Below, in pieces: positions 15,444 through 41,032 of a stretch of 64,000 nucleotides of DNA. Source of the stretch: Scenedesmus sp. PABB004 (Eukaryota); NCBI GenBank assembly GCA_014905635.1, contig JABVCE010000028.1:248001-312000 (forward strand), in the 5' to 3' direction. The position numbers and the translations under genes are program-made. The notes under the pieces are model-generated. The model was not told the DNA's origin, ran no database searches, and saw nothing but the letters and a program-made list of their open reading frames with translations. Position 1 is the stretch's first letter. Every line of letters begins with the position of its first letter.

Positions 15444-17465
15444 GCCGGCCGCAAGCGGCCGGCGTTCGACATGGTGCGCACGCCGCGCCGCGCCACGGGC
15501 GCCCACGCGCGCAGCCGCCGCCGCCCGCCGCCGCCGCCCGCGCTCACCCGCTCGCGGTCGCAGGGCGGCGGCGGGGGCCTCGGCCGCAGCGACGCGCACT
15601 GCGCGTGGCGCTGGATGCAGCCCAAGCGCACGCGCGGCGGCGGCGGCGGCGGCGGCGGGCCGGGCGGCGGCGGGCCGGGCGTGTTCAAGCCCTGGGGCAA
15701 GCCGGGCGTGGTCATGGACAGCACGCGCAGCGTTTTTGTGAAAAACCTGCCCTACGACTGCGCGCTCGTGGACCTGGAGGCCTTTTTCAGCCAGGCCGGC
15801 GAGGTGCGAGGCGGGGGCGCCCTGCGGGAGCCCGGGCGGCGCGGGAGGTGCCGACGGGAGCACGGGCGGCGCGGCGTCCTCACGCGCACCCGGCCTGCCG
15901 CCCGCGCCGCCGCCGTCGCCGCCGCGCCGCACAGGTTGAGGACATCCGGCGCGGCGCGCAGCCCGACACGGGGCGCGCCAACCCCTGGTGCCACGTGCAG
16001 TTTTCGGACCCGAGCGCGCTGCCCGCCGCGTGTGCGCTCAACGGCGGCCTGTTCTGCGGCCGCACGCTCACGATCGCGACCAGCGCGCCGCTGAGCAACG
16101 AGGGCATGGTCGCGCCGGAGGCGGGCGAGGGCGGCCGCGCGCGCGGCCGCCGCGGCGGCCGCGGCGGCCGCGGCGGCCGCGAGCCGCTGCCGCCGCTCGA
16201 GCCCGGCAAGCCGGTCGAGGGCTGCTGGTTCTGCCTCTCCAGCGAGCAGGCGCGCGCGCACACACACGCGCACACACAGACGCGCGCGCGCCGCGGCCGT
16301 CGCCGCGCCGCGCCGCGCCGCGCCGCGCCGCGCCGCGCCGCCCGCCCGCCCTCTCATCCCTCGCCCATGCCTCCCTGCCCGCCCCTCCCCTCCTCCTCCC
16401 TGTCCCTCCCGGCGCCAGGTGGACATCAACCTCGTGGCCAGCGTGGGCGAGGAGAGCTACCTCGCGCTCGACAAGGGCCCCATCACGCCGCAGCACTGCC
16501 TCATCATCCCCATCGGTGCGGCGGGTGCAGCCTAAACCCCTGCCGCGCGGCGCGCCGGCCTGCGGCCGCACGCAAGGGCTCGGCGCACGCGCGACGGGCG
16601 GGGCGCCGGCGGCAGCGGCCGCTGACGCGCCGTCGCGCGTGCCGCGCCGCGGCCGCCGCCGCGCAGAGCACTACCCGTCGTGGGCGGCGCTGCCCGCGCC
16701 GGCGTCGGCCGAGGTCTCCCGCTACCTCTCGGCGCTGCGCAGCGCGGCGGCGGGCGCGGGCCAGGCGCTGGTCGGCTTTGAGCGCCACCTCGTGCTCAGG
16801 CGCGCGCGCCCGCGGCCGCGCGTGCGGCGGCAGCCCCGCGGCGGCGGCGCGCCCTCGCCCGCCGCCGACGCCGCGACCGCCGCGCGCGCCGCAGGTCCAA
16901 GGGCGGCAACCACTGCCACGTCAACACGCTCGCCGTGAGCCGTGCCGCGGCGGAGGGCGCGGCCGAGGCGTTCACCGCGCTCGCGGCCGAGGCGGGGCTG
17001 CAGATGGTGCACATCGCCGCGGCCGACGGCGCGCTCGACATGTGCGCGCGCGCGTGCGGCGCGCCGCGCCGCAGGGCCTGCGCGTCGCGGGGCTGCGCGC
17101 GGGCCGCGTGGTGCGCACCGCGCCGCCGGCCCCGACCGAACCCGCCGCCGCCGCCGCCGCGCGCGCGCGCGCGCAGGGCCGCGCTGCGGGCGCTCGTCGG
17201 CGACGGCGAGTACTTCCTGGGCCTGCTGCCGGACGGCAGCGGCCTCGCGGCGGCGCTCGCGCCGGGGCAGCGCGCGCCGATGCAGCTCGGGCGCGCGATC
17301 CTCGCGCGGCTCGCGGGCGCCCCGGAGCGCGCCGACTGGAAGGAGTGCACCGCGGGCGGGCCCGACGAGGAGGCGGCCGCCGCCGAGGCGCTCAAGGCCT
17401 ATTTCGCGCCCTACGACATCGCCGGCGGCGGCGGCGCAGGCGGCGGCGGCGCCGGCGGCCAGTGA
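13488..17465 (+). CDS. CWF19L1: CWF19-like protein 1 (CwfJ family; metallophosphoesterase-like N-terminus, RRM, CwfJ C-terminal domains)
   Basis: KVLLAGD...VNAKNGPFELLICVGQFF, VDLLLTCEWP, RPRYHIA, RRM (VFVKNLPY), GCWFCLS, YLALDKGP...HCLIIP|EH and GNHCHVN. TGA at 17463-17465, with TGTAA just downstream. Confidence 0.88.
14298..14530 (+). repeat. Coding acidic repeats (AAEGGEG / [10 protein letters not shown]) inserted in the CWF19L1-like protein
   Basis: Repeated gccgagggcggcgagggc and gcggacgcagcggccgc units. Confidence 0.8.
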
Positions 17466-17857
17466 CGAGCGTCGGGGCGCGGCGGCGGCGGCGGGTCTGT
17501 AAAACGCCGCCGACCCCGCCCGCCGGCTCGCCCGCCCGCCCAGCTGCGTTGCCGTTTTCGCCGTTGCGGCGGAGCCGCGAGCGCGCCCACGGCAGCAGCA
17601 GGAGCCCCGCAACAGCAGCAGCGGCGGCAACAGCAGCAAAACTCCTCGCCCGGCCCCTCTAGACGCCGGCGGCGCACCCCTCCGTTGTGCCCAGCCGTTG
17701 CGTGAGCGCAGGCCGGACGCGCGAGCAGCGCGGCGCGCAGCCGGCAGCGGCGCGGGCGGCCGGCAGCGCGCTGCTGCCGGCGGCACCGGCAGCGCGGAGG
17801 CGGCCGGCAGCGCGCTGCTGCCGGCGGCACCGGCAGCGCGGAGGCGGCGGCGGCGCG

Positions 17858-18635
17858 ATGCCATCGGCGCCGGGCGTGGCGGGGCTGGCGGCCAAGCTGA
17901 CGAAGCACTGGACCTCGATCGCCGACAAGTTGTACCTGCGGCAGGAGGCGCCCTGCCCCCTCCCGCGCCTGGGGCCGCTCGCGGAGCTCCTCACCGTCAC
18001 GCGCGGCGTCGCGGCCGAGCTCAACGCGCTCGCGGCGGCGGGCGAGCTGGGCCCGAGCGGCGTTGGTGCGCGCCGCGCCGCGCCGCGCGCAGTGCGCAGC
18101 GGCCGGGTGTGGGTGATGGCAGCGAGTGCAGAACCCCGCGCCGTCGCCGCCGGCGGCGCCGCCGGCACCGCTGAGATCGCGCGGCCGCGACCGCGCAGGC
18201 ACGCTGGTCGGCGAGGGCTGCGTGCGCCTGCTTGCCAAGCTGGCGCGCTGGCTGCAGGCCGACCCTGACGAGCTGCTGCTCGGCAGCGAGACGCAGGAGA
18301 GCCTGTGGGCGCTGCTGCTCACCACGCTCGCCAACGCGCTGCGGCTCGCGCGGCACGAGGCGGGCGCAGCCGCGCCGGTCATTGAGCAGCTGCGCGGCAC
18401 GGGTGCGCCGCCGCGGCTGCGCGGGCGGCTCCGGCAGTCGAAACTCGCGGCAGCGCGCGGTCGCAACGCTTGAACCGCCTCCCACCCGCCTGCCACCCTC
18501 CTACAGGCCTGCTGCCAGGGCTTGCCCCCGCGCTCGCATGGCTGGTGGCGCAGCACCCCCACCGCTGCCTCACCGCGTCGGCGGGCGCGTGGCTGATGCT
18601 GAACGAGCTGCTGCTGGCCCTCAGCGACGGCGGCA

Positions 18636-18679
<44 letters not shown>

Positions 18680-19066
18680 ACCGGCAGCGCGCCCGTAGCG
18701 GCGGCGCCAGCCTGCGAGGAGCTGTCGGCCGCGCTGCCGGCGCTCGGCCCCGTCCTGCAGCGCTTCATCGACCAGGCGTCTGCCGCGCTGCACGGACCGG
18801 GCGCCGGCGCGCGCCCCAGCGCAAGCGGCGGCGCCAAGAGGCCCGGCAGCGGCGGCGGCGGCGCCGCCGCGGCCGCCGGCGACGCCGCCGCAGCAGCGGC
18901 CGCGGCCGTGGACGCGGCGTGGTGCTGGGTGCCGCCCGTGGGGCTGGCGGACGAGCCGGCGAGCCCCCTGCTCACCAACGTCCTGGCGCTGCTGCACTGC
19001 CTGCAGGCGCGGCTGCTGACGGTGCCTGCAGGCGGCAGCGTGCCGGCGGCGGCCGCGGGCGGCCAG

Positions 19067-19125
<59 letters not shown>

Positions 19126-21644
19126 GGAGGGGCAGCAAGAGGGAGGGTTGGAGCAGCGGCAGCCGCCCGTGCTCCCTGCCAAGGCATACCTCCAGGTCCT
19201 GGCCGTGGCAGCCGCCTGGCTGCACGAGCACGCGCCGGCCGGCGCCGGCGACGCGGGCGAGGTGCCGGCGGACCACCTCGCCGTGCTGCCCGCGCGCTGC
19301 GTGGCGGCCGCGGCCGCGGCGCTGCTCGGCCTGGAGAGCGCCGGCGACGCGCTGCAGCTGGTGCTGCTGGCGTGCACGGCGCTGCAGGACGGCGCGTTCG
19401 CGCGCGGTGACGCCGACGGCGGCGGCAGCGGCAATGGCGACGCCGCGGAGCCCGGCCGGCCAGACGTGGACAGCGTGCTCGGCTGCCAGCTGCTGCTGGA
19501 GGCGTGCGCGCTGCTGTGCGCGGCCGGCCACGCCCGCGAGCTCGGGGAGCCACTGGCGCAGCTGGCCGCGTCGGCGCGCGGCTGCAGCCGCGAGGAGGCG
19601 GTGGCGCTGGTTGCGAGCCACGGCAGGCTGCTGCTGGGCGTGGTGTCGCAGTACCTGATGCAGCCGGGCGGCGCACAGCAGCAGCAGGCGCCGGCGCAGG
19701 CACCGGCGCCGGAGCAGCTTGCGCTCGATGGCGCAGCCGCGGCGCTGGACGGCGCGGCGCTGGACAGCGCGGCGCTGCCGGAGGCGGCCAAGGGCTTTGC
19801 GGAGCAGCCGGCCGACGCGGCGGCGGCGGACAACGCGGAGCGCTGCGTGCTCGCGGCCCACCTGATCATGCAGATGGCCGGCACGCCGCGGGCGCCCGAC
19901 AGCGCCGGCCTCGTGGGTGCGTCGCCGCCGCGGCGCGGCGCGGCGCGGCGCGGCGCGGCTCGCCTGCCGCGCAGTGTGCTGCCCAGCTGCCACGCCCGCC
20001 CTGGGCGCGCCACGCGCGGCCGCCGCCGCCGCCATTGCTGTCGCCGCCGCGCAGACGACGCGCTGCTGGGCTCGCTCACCGCGACCGACCCGCCGGCGTT
20101 TTACGCCATAATGGAACACCTCGTGCACCACGTGCAGCCGGCCAACCTCGCCGTGCTGCTGCCCATGGCGTCCTGCTTCCTCACGCGCGCCGCGCCGGGC
20201 GGCGACGGCGACGGCGACCAGCCCGTCGCGCGGCGCGCGCGCGCGAGCGCGGGCAGCATGGTGCTTCTCTCGGACTATTCCGTGTGCCGCTCCTTTGCCG
20301 CCGCGCTGCACGGGTACCGCCTCTCCTCGCTCGGCCCGGTGCTGGCGGGCGGGGCCGGCGGCGGCGGCGGCGGCGCGCGCCCCGAGCCGGAGCGGCCGCT
20401 CGCGCGCGTGCTGCCGCCGCTGACCAAGGTCGCCGAGTGGCTGGTCGTGGGGCTGGAGGGCGCCATCGAGGCGGCGGGCCAGCCGGGGGAGGCGGCAGCG
20501 GAGCCCGGCAAGGCAGGCGCGGCCGCGGAGCCGGCGCCGCAGCCGCCCGCGGCCGTGGTGGTGTTGCAGGCGCAGAGCGGCAGCCGGGCGGCGGCGTGCT
20601 CGCTCCTCCTGGTCACGCTGCTGGCGCGGGCGGCGGTGCCTGTGGTGCAGGATCTCGCAGCCCTGCTCGCGGCGCTGCCCACGGGCGTGCTGCGCGGCGA
20701 CGGGCAGCCCGCCGCCGCCGCCGCCGCCGACGACGAAGCTGCTGGCGGCGGCGGCGACGCGCTGCTGACCGAGGCTGCCGCGGTCGACCTCGTCAGCGCG
20801 CTCGCGCTGGTTCGGGCAGCGCACCAGGCGCTCTGCGCGCGGTGCTACCTCTCGCAGGTGCTGGAGAGCCTGCCGGCGCGGCTGCCGGAGCGCGGCGGCC
20901 GCGGCGGCCGCGGCGGTCGCGCCGGCCGGGGCGGCCGCGGCGGCAGTGGCGGCGGCGGCGGCGAGGACGCAGCCGCGAGCGCCGTGAGGGCGGCGCTGCG
21001 CGGCGAGGGCCTGGCACGCGGCTGGACGCACCTCGCGGCGCCGGTGCCGCCGGGCGTCGTCGCGCGCGTGCGGCAGCTGCAGGAAGCGTGGCCGGGTGCG
21101 CGGTGCCGCCGCGCGCGCCGCTCGCGCGCCGCGGCCGGCGCCCTCGCCGCGGCTGGCTCGCCCACACCCGCACGCCCCGCGCTGTGCGGTCGGCGCTGCC
21201 TCAGGTGACTTTGTGGGCAACCTGCGCCTGCCGGAGCAGCTGGAGCCGGTCAGCGTCCTCACGGAGCCGGCCGACAGCACAGGCGCCGCCGCCGCCGACG
21301 GCGGCGGCGAGGCGCGGCGGACCATGCTCCGGCTCCCCGGCGCCGCGCGCGCGCGCCTGGACGCGCTGCTGCGGGAGCTGCGGCCGCTGTTCGAGTCCCT
21401 TCTCAGCGAGGTCCCGCTGCCCGTCGGCTGCAACAACCCCGGCTGCGCCCGGCTCGAGGGAGTAACGGAGGCGAGCCTCCGCGTGAACAAGCGGTGCGCC
21501 GAGTGCCTCAGCAGCCACTACTGCCAGAAGGCCTGCCAGGTGGAGCACTGGCCCGTGCACCGCGCCGCGTGCGCGCGCGTGCGCGCGCTAGCCGCGGCGG
21601 CGGCGAGCGGCGGCGACGCTGCGAGGCCCGCAGGCGGGCGGTGA
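17858..21644 (+). CDS. Large Ala/Leu-rich protein with C-terminal zf-MYND domain
   Basis: C-terminus CNNPGC...RCAECLSSHYCQKACQVEHWPVHRAAC. Exons joined by GT-AG introns; poly-Q tract near 19072-19123. Start is tentative. Confidence 0.75.
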
Positions 21645-21774
21645 GCCCCGGTGCGGGCAGCCCAAAGCGCGCGCGTCGGCGGCGGAGGCGGCTGCCCGTC
21701 GCGACGGCACGCGCGTGGCGGTGCTTGGCACAGCCTGCGCAGGCAAGGTTAACTGTGCGTGCCGCTGGCGCCCC

Positions 21775-22975
21775 TCATGCCCACCAGCTCCACGCCGCGG
21801 GGCCCAGCTGCCGCGCCGTCTGGCCCTCGGCGTCAACCAGGCCCGCGTCAGCGCCCAGCTCCAGCAGCAGCCGGCACGCCTGCGCGCGGCGGCGGCGGCG
21901 GCGGGGTTGTGGCAGTGTGAGGCTGGCGAGCCTGCCGGGTGGGGCACGGGCCCAGCCCTGCCCGCGCCGTGCCGCTGCCACCCCTGCCAGCGCCGCGCCG
22001 CACCGCCTCGTGGCCACACATGGCCGCGTAGTGCAGCGGCGCCTGGCCGTCGTGGTCCTGCGGCGGGGCGGAGCGCCGCTGTCAGCGCGCGTGCGGCACC
22101 GCCGACCGCGCCGCGCCGCGTCCCACCGCGGCACGGCGCGCCGCGCCGCGTCACCTGCGCGTTGGCGTCTGCGCCGGCGGCCAGGAGAAGCCGCACAGCA
22201 TCGACGCGGCCCCGGTCTGCTGCAAAGTGCAGCGCTGTGCAGCCCTGCTCGTCGCGCGCGTCGACGCCGCCGCCGCCGCCCGCCTGCAGCTGCAGGCGTG
22301 CCGCCAGCGCGGCCGGCTCCGCGCCCCCCGCAAGCTCGTGCAGCGTGGCGGCGACGCCGTCCGGCGGCGCCTCCTCGTCCTGCGTGCGGTCGCGGGCGGG
22401 TCCCGGCAGCTGGGCGGGCGCGGGGTCCCGCGGCACGGCACGCGCGCTGCCGCTGCCGCCGCCAGGGCCGGCCTGGCGCCGCCGCCGCGCACCTCGCGCC
22501 GCGCGAGCGTGCTGAACACCGGCCCGCCCACGCCGCCCTGCCGTGCCGCCGCGCCGCCCCCACGGCCCGGCGCGGGCGCCGCCGGCGGCGCCCAGCCCGG
22601 GTCGTGCTCGCGCAGCAGCTCCACGTAGCGCGCCATCGCCGCGCCGGGGGGCAGCCCCGCGGCGCCGCGCCACGCGCCCCACTTGGCGCGGCCGGCGCGG
22701 TCCCAGAGCGGCGGCTTCGGCGCGGCGCAGTCGCCGGCGAGCGCCTGCTTGTAGAGGCCGTACAGCTGCAGCTTGACGGCGTCTGGCACCGCCGAGGCGT
22801 TGGCCGACACCAGCGCGCCCAGGTGGTCGGCGGCCGCCTGGAAGGCCGCGCGCTGCCCGGCGCCGACGCCGTCGCCGCTGTCGCTGCTGCCGCTGCTGCT
22901 GCTGCTGCTGCTGCTGCTCCCGCCGCCGCCGGCCGGTCGCGGCTGCTGCTCCCCGCGCCCCTGCGGCTCGCTCAT
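21775..22975 (-). CDS. Acyl-CoA-binding protein with ankyrin repeats (ACBD6-like)
   Basis: KLQLYGLYKQA...PKPPLWDRAGRAKWGAW...AMARYVELL (ACB domain), GPVFSTL, and ankyrin repeats DEQGCTALHFAADRG and DHDGQAPLHYAA. Confidence 0.88.
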
Positions 22976-23498
22976 GCCGGCGCCTGCTGGCGGAGGCACG
23001 CCGGGCAGCTGCGGGCGCCTCAGGACCGGCGGCACCGGCAGCGGCGACGCCGGCGGAGCTCGTGCGTACACCGTACGGTGAGCGATGGGGAGCGCTGACA
23101 GCGTCAAAAGGAGGAGGCACAGGACGCCGCAAAGCCCCGAGCCCTCGCAAAGTGCGCGCGGCGGTCGGACCGTCCTCGGTTACGAAAGTGCAGCAGTGCT
23201 TGACGCGAGCAACAAGCGTCGGCGGCCGTGGCCGGCATGCGCCCAGCAGCGGCCGCCGCAGGCGCCGCCGGCCGCCTCGCCCGTCCGCGACGTAAGGGAC
23301 GGCGCGAGGGGCGGCCGTGGAAGATCAAAACGCCGCCCCGCCGTGCCCCCTGCGCACGCTGCCGCCAGCAGCCCCCTGCCCCGGGCGACACGCCCGCCAG
23401 CCCGCGCGCCGCTGCAGCCCCCCCCCCCCTCCCGCCGGGCCGGCCGCCGCGCAGCCGCGCAGCGTCGCTCAGACTCGCTCAGCGTCGCTCAGCGCCCC

Positions 23499-32405
<8,907 letters not shown>

Positions 32406-32882
32406 GTTGGCCGCGGCGCGGGTGCCGGGGCTGTCGACTCGGACGCGCGCGCTGAGAGCCCGCGGGGCGCAGCAGAGCGTGACAGCAGCGGGGGAGACAC
32501 AAATCGGGGAGGAGAGCGGGGAGGGCGAGCTGCAGAGGGTTGCGCACGGCGCAGCGGAAGCCGCGCGGGCGCCGCAGCTGTCACGCTCGGCGGCTGCGGT
32601 GGCGCGCGCAACCCTGCATCAGTTACCCGTGCGCTGTGCAGCCAGCCGGGAGCAGTACATCCCAATCGTGAGGGCAGTTCGAGCACGGAGCAAGGAAGGA
32701 GGCGCCGCCGCCAAGGAGGTCGCCCGCGGCCCCGGGTGACGCACTGGTGCAGCTCGCCGCGCGCGGCAAAACGGAGGAGTGTGCTGTGCTGATGGATGCA
32801 TGTGGTGAGCCGCATCACTCAACTAAACGCACCGCCGACAAGTCTCACGGCCCGCGCGCGTTTGTCCACGCACGTCGCACGC

Positions 32883-35800
32883 TCAGTAGTGCTGCTGCGC
32901 CGCGCAGTCGAGGTTGGCGCCGGTCGTGGTGCTCAGCAGCGCGGCGTAGCGCTTGAAGTAGCCGATGCGGTCCGCCTCCTGGCCCTGCACGCTGCCGCTG
33001 CCGCACTCGAGGCCGCCGTTGATGATGTTGGTGGTCAGCCCAAAGCCGGGCTGCCGCCCCGCCGCGACGTCGGCGGGCGACGGGCTCCACGTCCCCGCCA
33101 TCACGGCGTGGCAGCTGGGCTTGGGGTCGCGCGGCGTCATCCAGAACCAAATGGCAGTCTTGAACGCGAGCGCGGCGTCCCTCGTCACAGCGTCCGGGTC
33201 GTTCAGGCCGTCAAAGCCAAGCGCCGCGCCGGCCTGCGTGGCGGCGGCGGCAAGCGCGGCGGGCGAGCGACGTCAGACATGCTAGCCGCGCGCGGCGCGC
33301 CTCGCCGGCTGCGGCTGCGGCGGCGCACCCTCCCCGCAGCAGCAGCGGCCCCACTGGCGCGGCTGGGCTCGGGTCGCACCGGGATGTAGTTGTAGTTCCA
33401 GGAGAGCTGGATCGGCCCGCGCCCGAAGTACTTCTTGCCCGCGGCGCAGGGGAGCTCGGGGGTCGCCGCGCAGTACGGGGCGAGCTGGTCAGCGGGCGTC
33501 TTCATGCCTGCGCGCGGCGAGGGGCGCTGCAGGGTCGGCACGGGGGCGAGCAGGGACACGGGCGACGAGCGGCGCGCCGCGTGCGCGCGGGGGCGGCCGC
33601 GGTGCGCGCACTCACCCTCCTGGATCCAGCACAGGCCCCACGAGTAGGGGCCGTCTGGCGCCGTGGCCCAGCCGCCGGTGGTCTCGTGCGAAATCTGGGC
33701 CAGGAAGGCCGCCAGCTCGCGCTTATTGACCGTGGGGTCGGCCGAGGCGGTGCCAAAGCCGGGGAAGGCGTTTGCCGCAGCGATGAACGCGTCATAGGTG
33801 TAAAAGCCGTTGCTCGAGCACGCGGGGGCATTGCGGTGCTTGAAAATCTCCTCGAACACCGCAGGCGTGATGAGGTCAGCCACGCTGCCGCCCGGCACCA
33901 CCGGCGCGGGCGACGCCGGGGGAGGTGCCACGGGGCTCGCAGGACTGGGCGAGGGCGACGCCGGCGGCGGCGACGGCGCGACGCTGCTGCCGCGGCACGC
34001 GCCATAGCTCGCCTGGCAGCCGGTGCCGCAGTGGGCGGCCTGGGTGCCGCAGTAGCCGTACTGGCTGCAACACTGCCCGCTGGGGCAGCAGAGGCCGCCG
34101 TTGGTGGCGCCGCACGCGCCGCCACCTTCGGCGCGGCCGTTGGGGCAGCCACCAGGCGGTGTTGGGCCTGGCGTGGGCGTCGGGGCGGGTGCCGGCGCCG
34201 GCGAGGGCGCCGGTGGCACTTTGCCACAGTCCGCCTGGGTGAAGGGGAGAGGCGTGCTGCAGCCAGGCATGGAGAACGCCACGCATGCGGCACTCGTGAT
34301 CTGCTGGGCATTGGGGCAGCCCGGCTTGTGCAGGCTCCACAGCATGAGGCCATACGGCGCGCCGCCGGCCTGGTCGCGGGCATAGTTGGCGCGCGTCGTG
34401 ACCTCGGGCAGCGTGATCACGTTGCCGCCCCTGGCGGTGGCGCGCAGGCGCAGGAGGCGAGCGGAGCGGGTCAGCGGCATGCGGCATGGAGGTGGGCGAG
34501 CGCTGCGCGGCACAGCTGCGCGCGCAGGGGCACGCACCAGGCCTCGGGCGGGATCTCCACCCCGATGGCGACGGCCTGGCGCGGCCACACGGCGCGGTGG
34601 GCACGGTACGACTCGGACCAGTCAAAGCCGGTGCTGGCCTTGTTGCCTGCGCGGCGCACGAGGGAGGGCGGGGCGGTCAGCCGTCACGTCTGAGCCTGCA
34701 CACAGCAGGGCGGGGCGCGGCGCCGGCGGCGCGCGGGGCGCGGGCGCAGCGGGCGCTCACCCGCGTCGTAGGCCATGATGTTGATGAGGTCCAGCGCCTG
34801 GCCCGCGGGCGAGGCGGCCATGGCAAGGTTGACGCCGGTGTAGACGCTGCGGGGCTGCGCGTTGGCAAACGCGCCGACGCCGTACGCGCCGACGTGCCAG
34901 CTCGCGGTGGAGAGCAGGTAGCGCCCGGCCGGCAGCGCCGAGCGCAGCGCGGCCGTGACCGCCACCGACTCGGCGTCGGTGGCGCAGGACACGCCGCCGC
35001 TGGACACAACGCAGTTGCTGTTGGTGGGCTCGTAGTCCAGGTCCACGCCTGCGCAAGGGGCGCGCGGCCGGGCGCGCAGGGCAGGGTCGGCGCACGCTTG
35101 GTGCCGCCGGCGCAGCCTGGCCAGCGCGCAGGGCGGAATGCGCGCAGCGGGCGGCCCCCCCACCGTCAAAGCCAAAGTCGTCCACCAGCGCCTTAATGCA
35201 GCCGGTGTTCATGCCCGCAAAGTTGGTGTAGGTGGCACCGCCGACGGCCAGCATCACGCGCGTGTTGGGCTGCGCCGCCTTGAGCGCCGCGATGGCGTCA
35301 CGCACGACGGGGCCGGACGAACTGAAATCAATGCCCGTACCGGTCAGCAGGAGGCTTCCGGGCGTGTAGGTGCAGTCGGGCTTGACAAAGGACACGACCA
35401 CCACGTTGATGTAAGCTGCGAGCGACGGGGCGGCGCGGGGCGGGTGAGAGGGGCGGCCCCTCGCGGAGTGGTGACGGCTGCGCGTGGCGGCTGAGGGCTG
35501 CCAGCCAGCTGCAGCTGCAGGCGGCGCTCACAAGGAATCTTGGCGAGGTCCATGGCAGCGCCGCTGGACGCCCAGGGAGCGCTCCAGGTCTGCGGTGGCG
35601 GTGGCGCGGCGCGGCGCGGCGCGGGGCGGCGTGGGCGCCGCGTGCTGGCAGGGGAGCGCTAGCCGCTCGCTGCAGCGCGGCGGCCGCCCCACCTGGTAGT
35701 AGGCGACCACCAGCGGGCCCTTGGGCAGGCTGCCGCGCGGGTCGATGGGGGCAGGGCTGGAGGCGGGCACGCACGCCGCTTGCGAGGTCGAGCCCTCGCG

Positions 35801-36434
35801 CTCGGTGGTCAGGCCAGCCGCGCATTGCGCGCACGCGTCGCGGTTGCCGCCCTTGTTGAAACTGCCGATCGGGCACAGCACGCCCGACACGGTCAGTCGC
35901 CCGTCGCCGTCGCGGCCGCTCACGCGGCCGTAGCCGGGCAGGGTGACGCACTGGGACACGGACCGCGCTCCCGCGCCGGGCGTGACCAAGCCGGTGCCGC
36001 AGTCGCCGAGCGCGTTGGCGGGGCCGCCGCGGCAGAGCTTGCCGGCGGGGCACTCGAGGCAGTCGCCCGCGCCGGCGGCCACATAGTAGTAGCCGGGCGC
36101 GCAGTCTGTGCGCCGCGCCAGCGGGCGGGGCAGCGCGCGGCGGTGGGCGCCGCGCGCGGAGTTGAGCCGGCGCGGCGCCGCGGCGGGCCCCCGGGTGCTC
36201 ACCGCAGGTCTTGCGCTGCCCGTCGCGTCGCAGGCGCCACGCCGGCGCCGCGCACTCGGTGCAGATGAGCTCCAGGAGGCTCGTCTTCGGGTCGCGCCGG
36301 TTGCGGCAGGTCGCGCAGTGGGGTATGCTCTCGCAGGTGGGCCGCTGCGCGGCCGCCAGCGCGCGGCCGGCGCCGCCGCCGGTGCCCGCGCTCGCCGCCG
36401 CTGCGCAGCAGAGCAGCACCACCACGAGCCGCAT
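32883..36434 (-). CDS. Secreted dual chitinase: Cys-rich (CxxC/GCC-like) N-terminus + GH18 + hevein + GH19
   Basis: Signal [16 protein letters not shown]; Cys-rich repeats (CPAGKLC, CPIGSFN...CAQC); GH18 [10 protein letters not shown]; hevein [11 protein letters not shown]19 [34 protein letters not shown] and [10 protein letters not shown]. Confidence 0.92.
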
Positions 36435-36752
36435 GGCGTCGGGGCGCGCGAAGTCGGGAAAAAAGGGGGAGGCCCAACGGACCTGGGAGATGGAGTTCGT
36501 GTCGCGTCGATGGTTCGATGAGCTCCGGAGCGACTGTGCGGACTGGGAGAGTCGCGCGGGCAGGTCAGGAGCGGACCTTCTCACTCCGACGGCGCGCGCG
36601 GTTACTCCATTGAGAAAAGGCCCGAGTCCTGCTGTCACACGCACGCCGGAAGATGCGGAACCGAACACGGCCGTCGGGTGGGCACGCCGCCCGCCGCCCG
36701 CCCACCCGGCCGCCGCGCCCGCCCGCGCCGGCGCCGCCCACGCTGCTGTCGC

Positions 36753-40432
<3,680 letters not shown>

Positions 40433-41032
40433 CGTGTCGGGCCTTTTTTCGGTGTCGGGCGGGCAGATCAGGGCCGGCGATCGGCTCAGGCGGCGCGGCG
40501 GGGCCTGGTTGTTCGTTGTGTGCAGGGGTGCTGTCGGGAGCGTAGCTGTTGCCGCGTTACGAGCTATGGACGGCAGGGGCGCGCGCGCGGGGCGTTGTGC
40601 TTGCCGGCGGCGGGGCGGTCACACCCCACGGCGTCGCTCATCGCTGCCAAATGGCGGCGGCGGACCAAAACGCCACGCCGAGTCCGGAAACTGCTGGGAC
40701 CGTCGACGCTATCACGCGCGTCGTGCGCCGCGCAAACGCGCGGTCGTCACCAGCGGGCGCGCCCGCGCCGCTGCCCCCGAGCGCCCGCGCGCGGCGCGAC
40801 AGGGCTCAGCCGCCCGCGACGCTCAGGCAGCGAGCCGCAGCCGGCGGCCCCTGTTTCCCCAAACACGCCCGTGTACTGCCAGGTTGCAGCCACGCTCGCG
40901 TGGGCCGCCGCGCCGCCGCGACAGCTGCAGCAGCAGCAGCCGCGCCCGCCGCTGTCGCCCGCCGGCCCGCCGCCCCCCGCCCTCCGCGCGGCGCGCGTGG
41001 CGTCGGCGCCCGGCGCCCGGCGCCCGGGCCCA

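Noticed and set aside
17761..17848. 44-bp direct repeat (2 copies) upstream of the MYND gene, and a similar 35-bp duplication at about 39611-39680
   Set aside because: Simple local slippage duplications in GC-rich sequence, with no sign of element structure.
17411..21490. 1359-aa minus-strand ORF and the many other long Arg/Ala/Pro-rich ORFs in the track
   Set aside because: These are shadow frames caused by stop-codon scarcity at about 80% GC; they are antisense or off-frame to recognisable spliced genes.
35150..35170. Apparent frameshift in chitinase copy 2 relative to copy 3 in the ORF track
   Set aside because: The one-base difference is in an intronic homopolymer just after the donor, so the spliced frame is unaffected.
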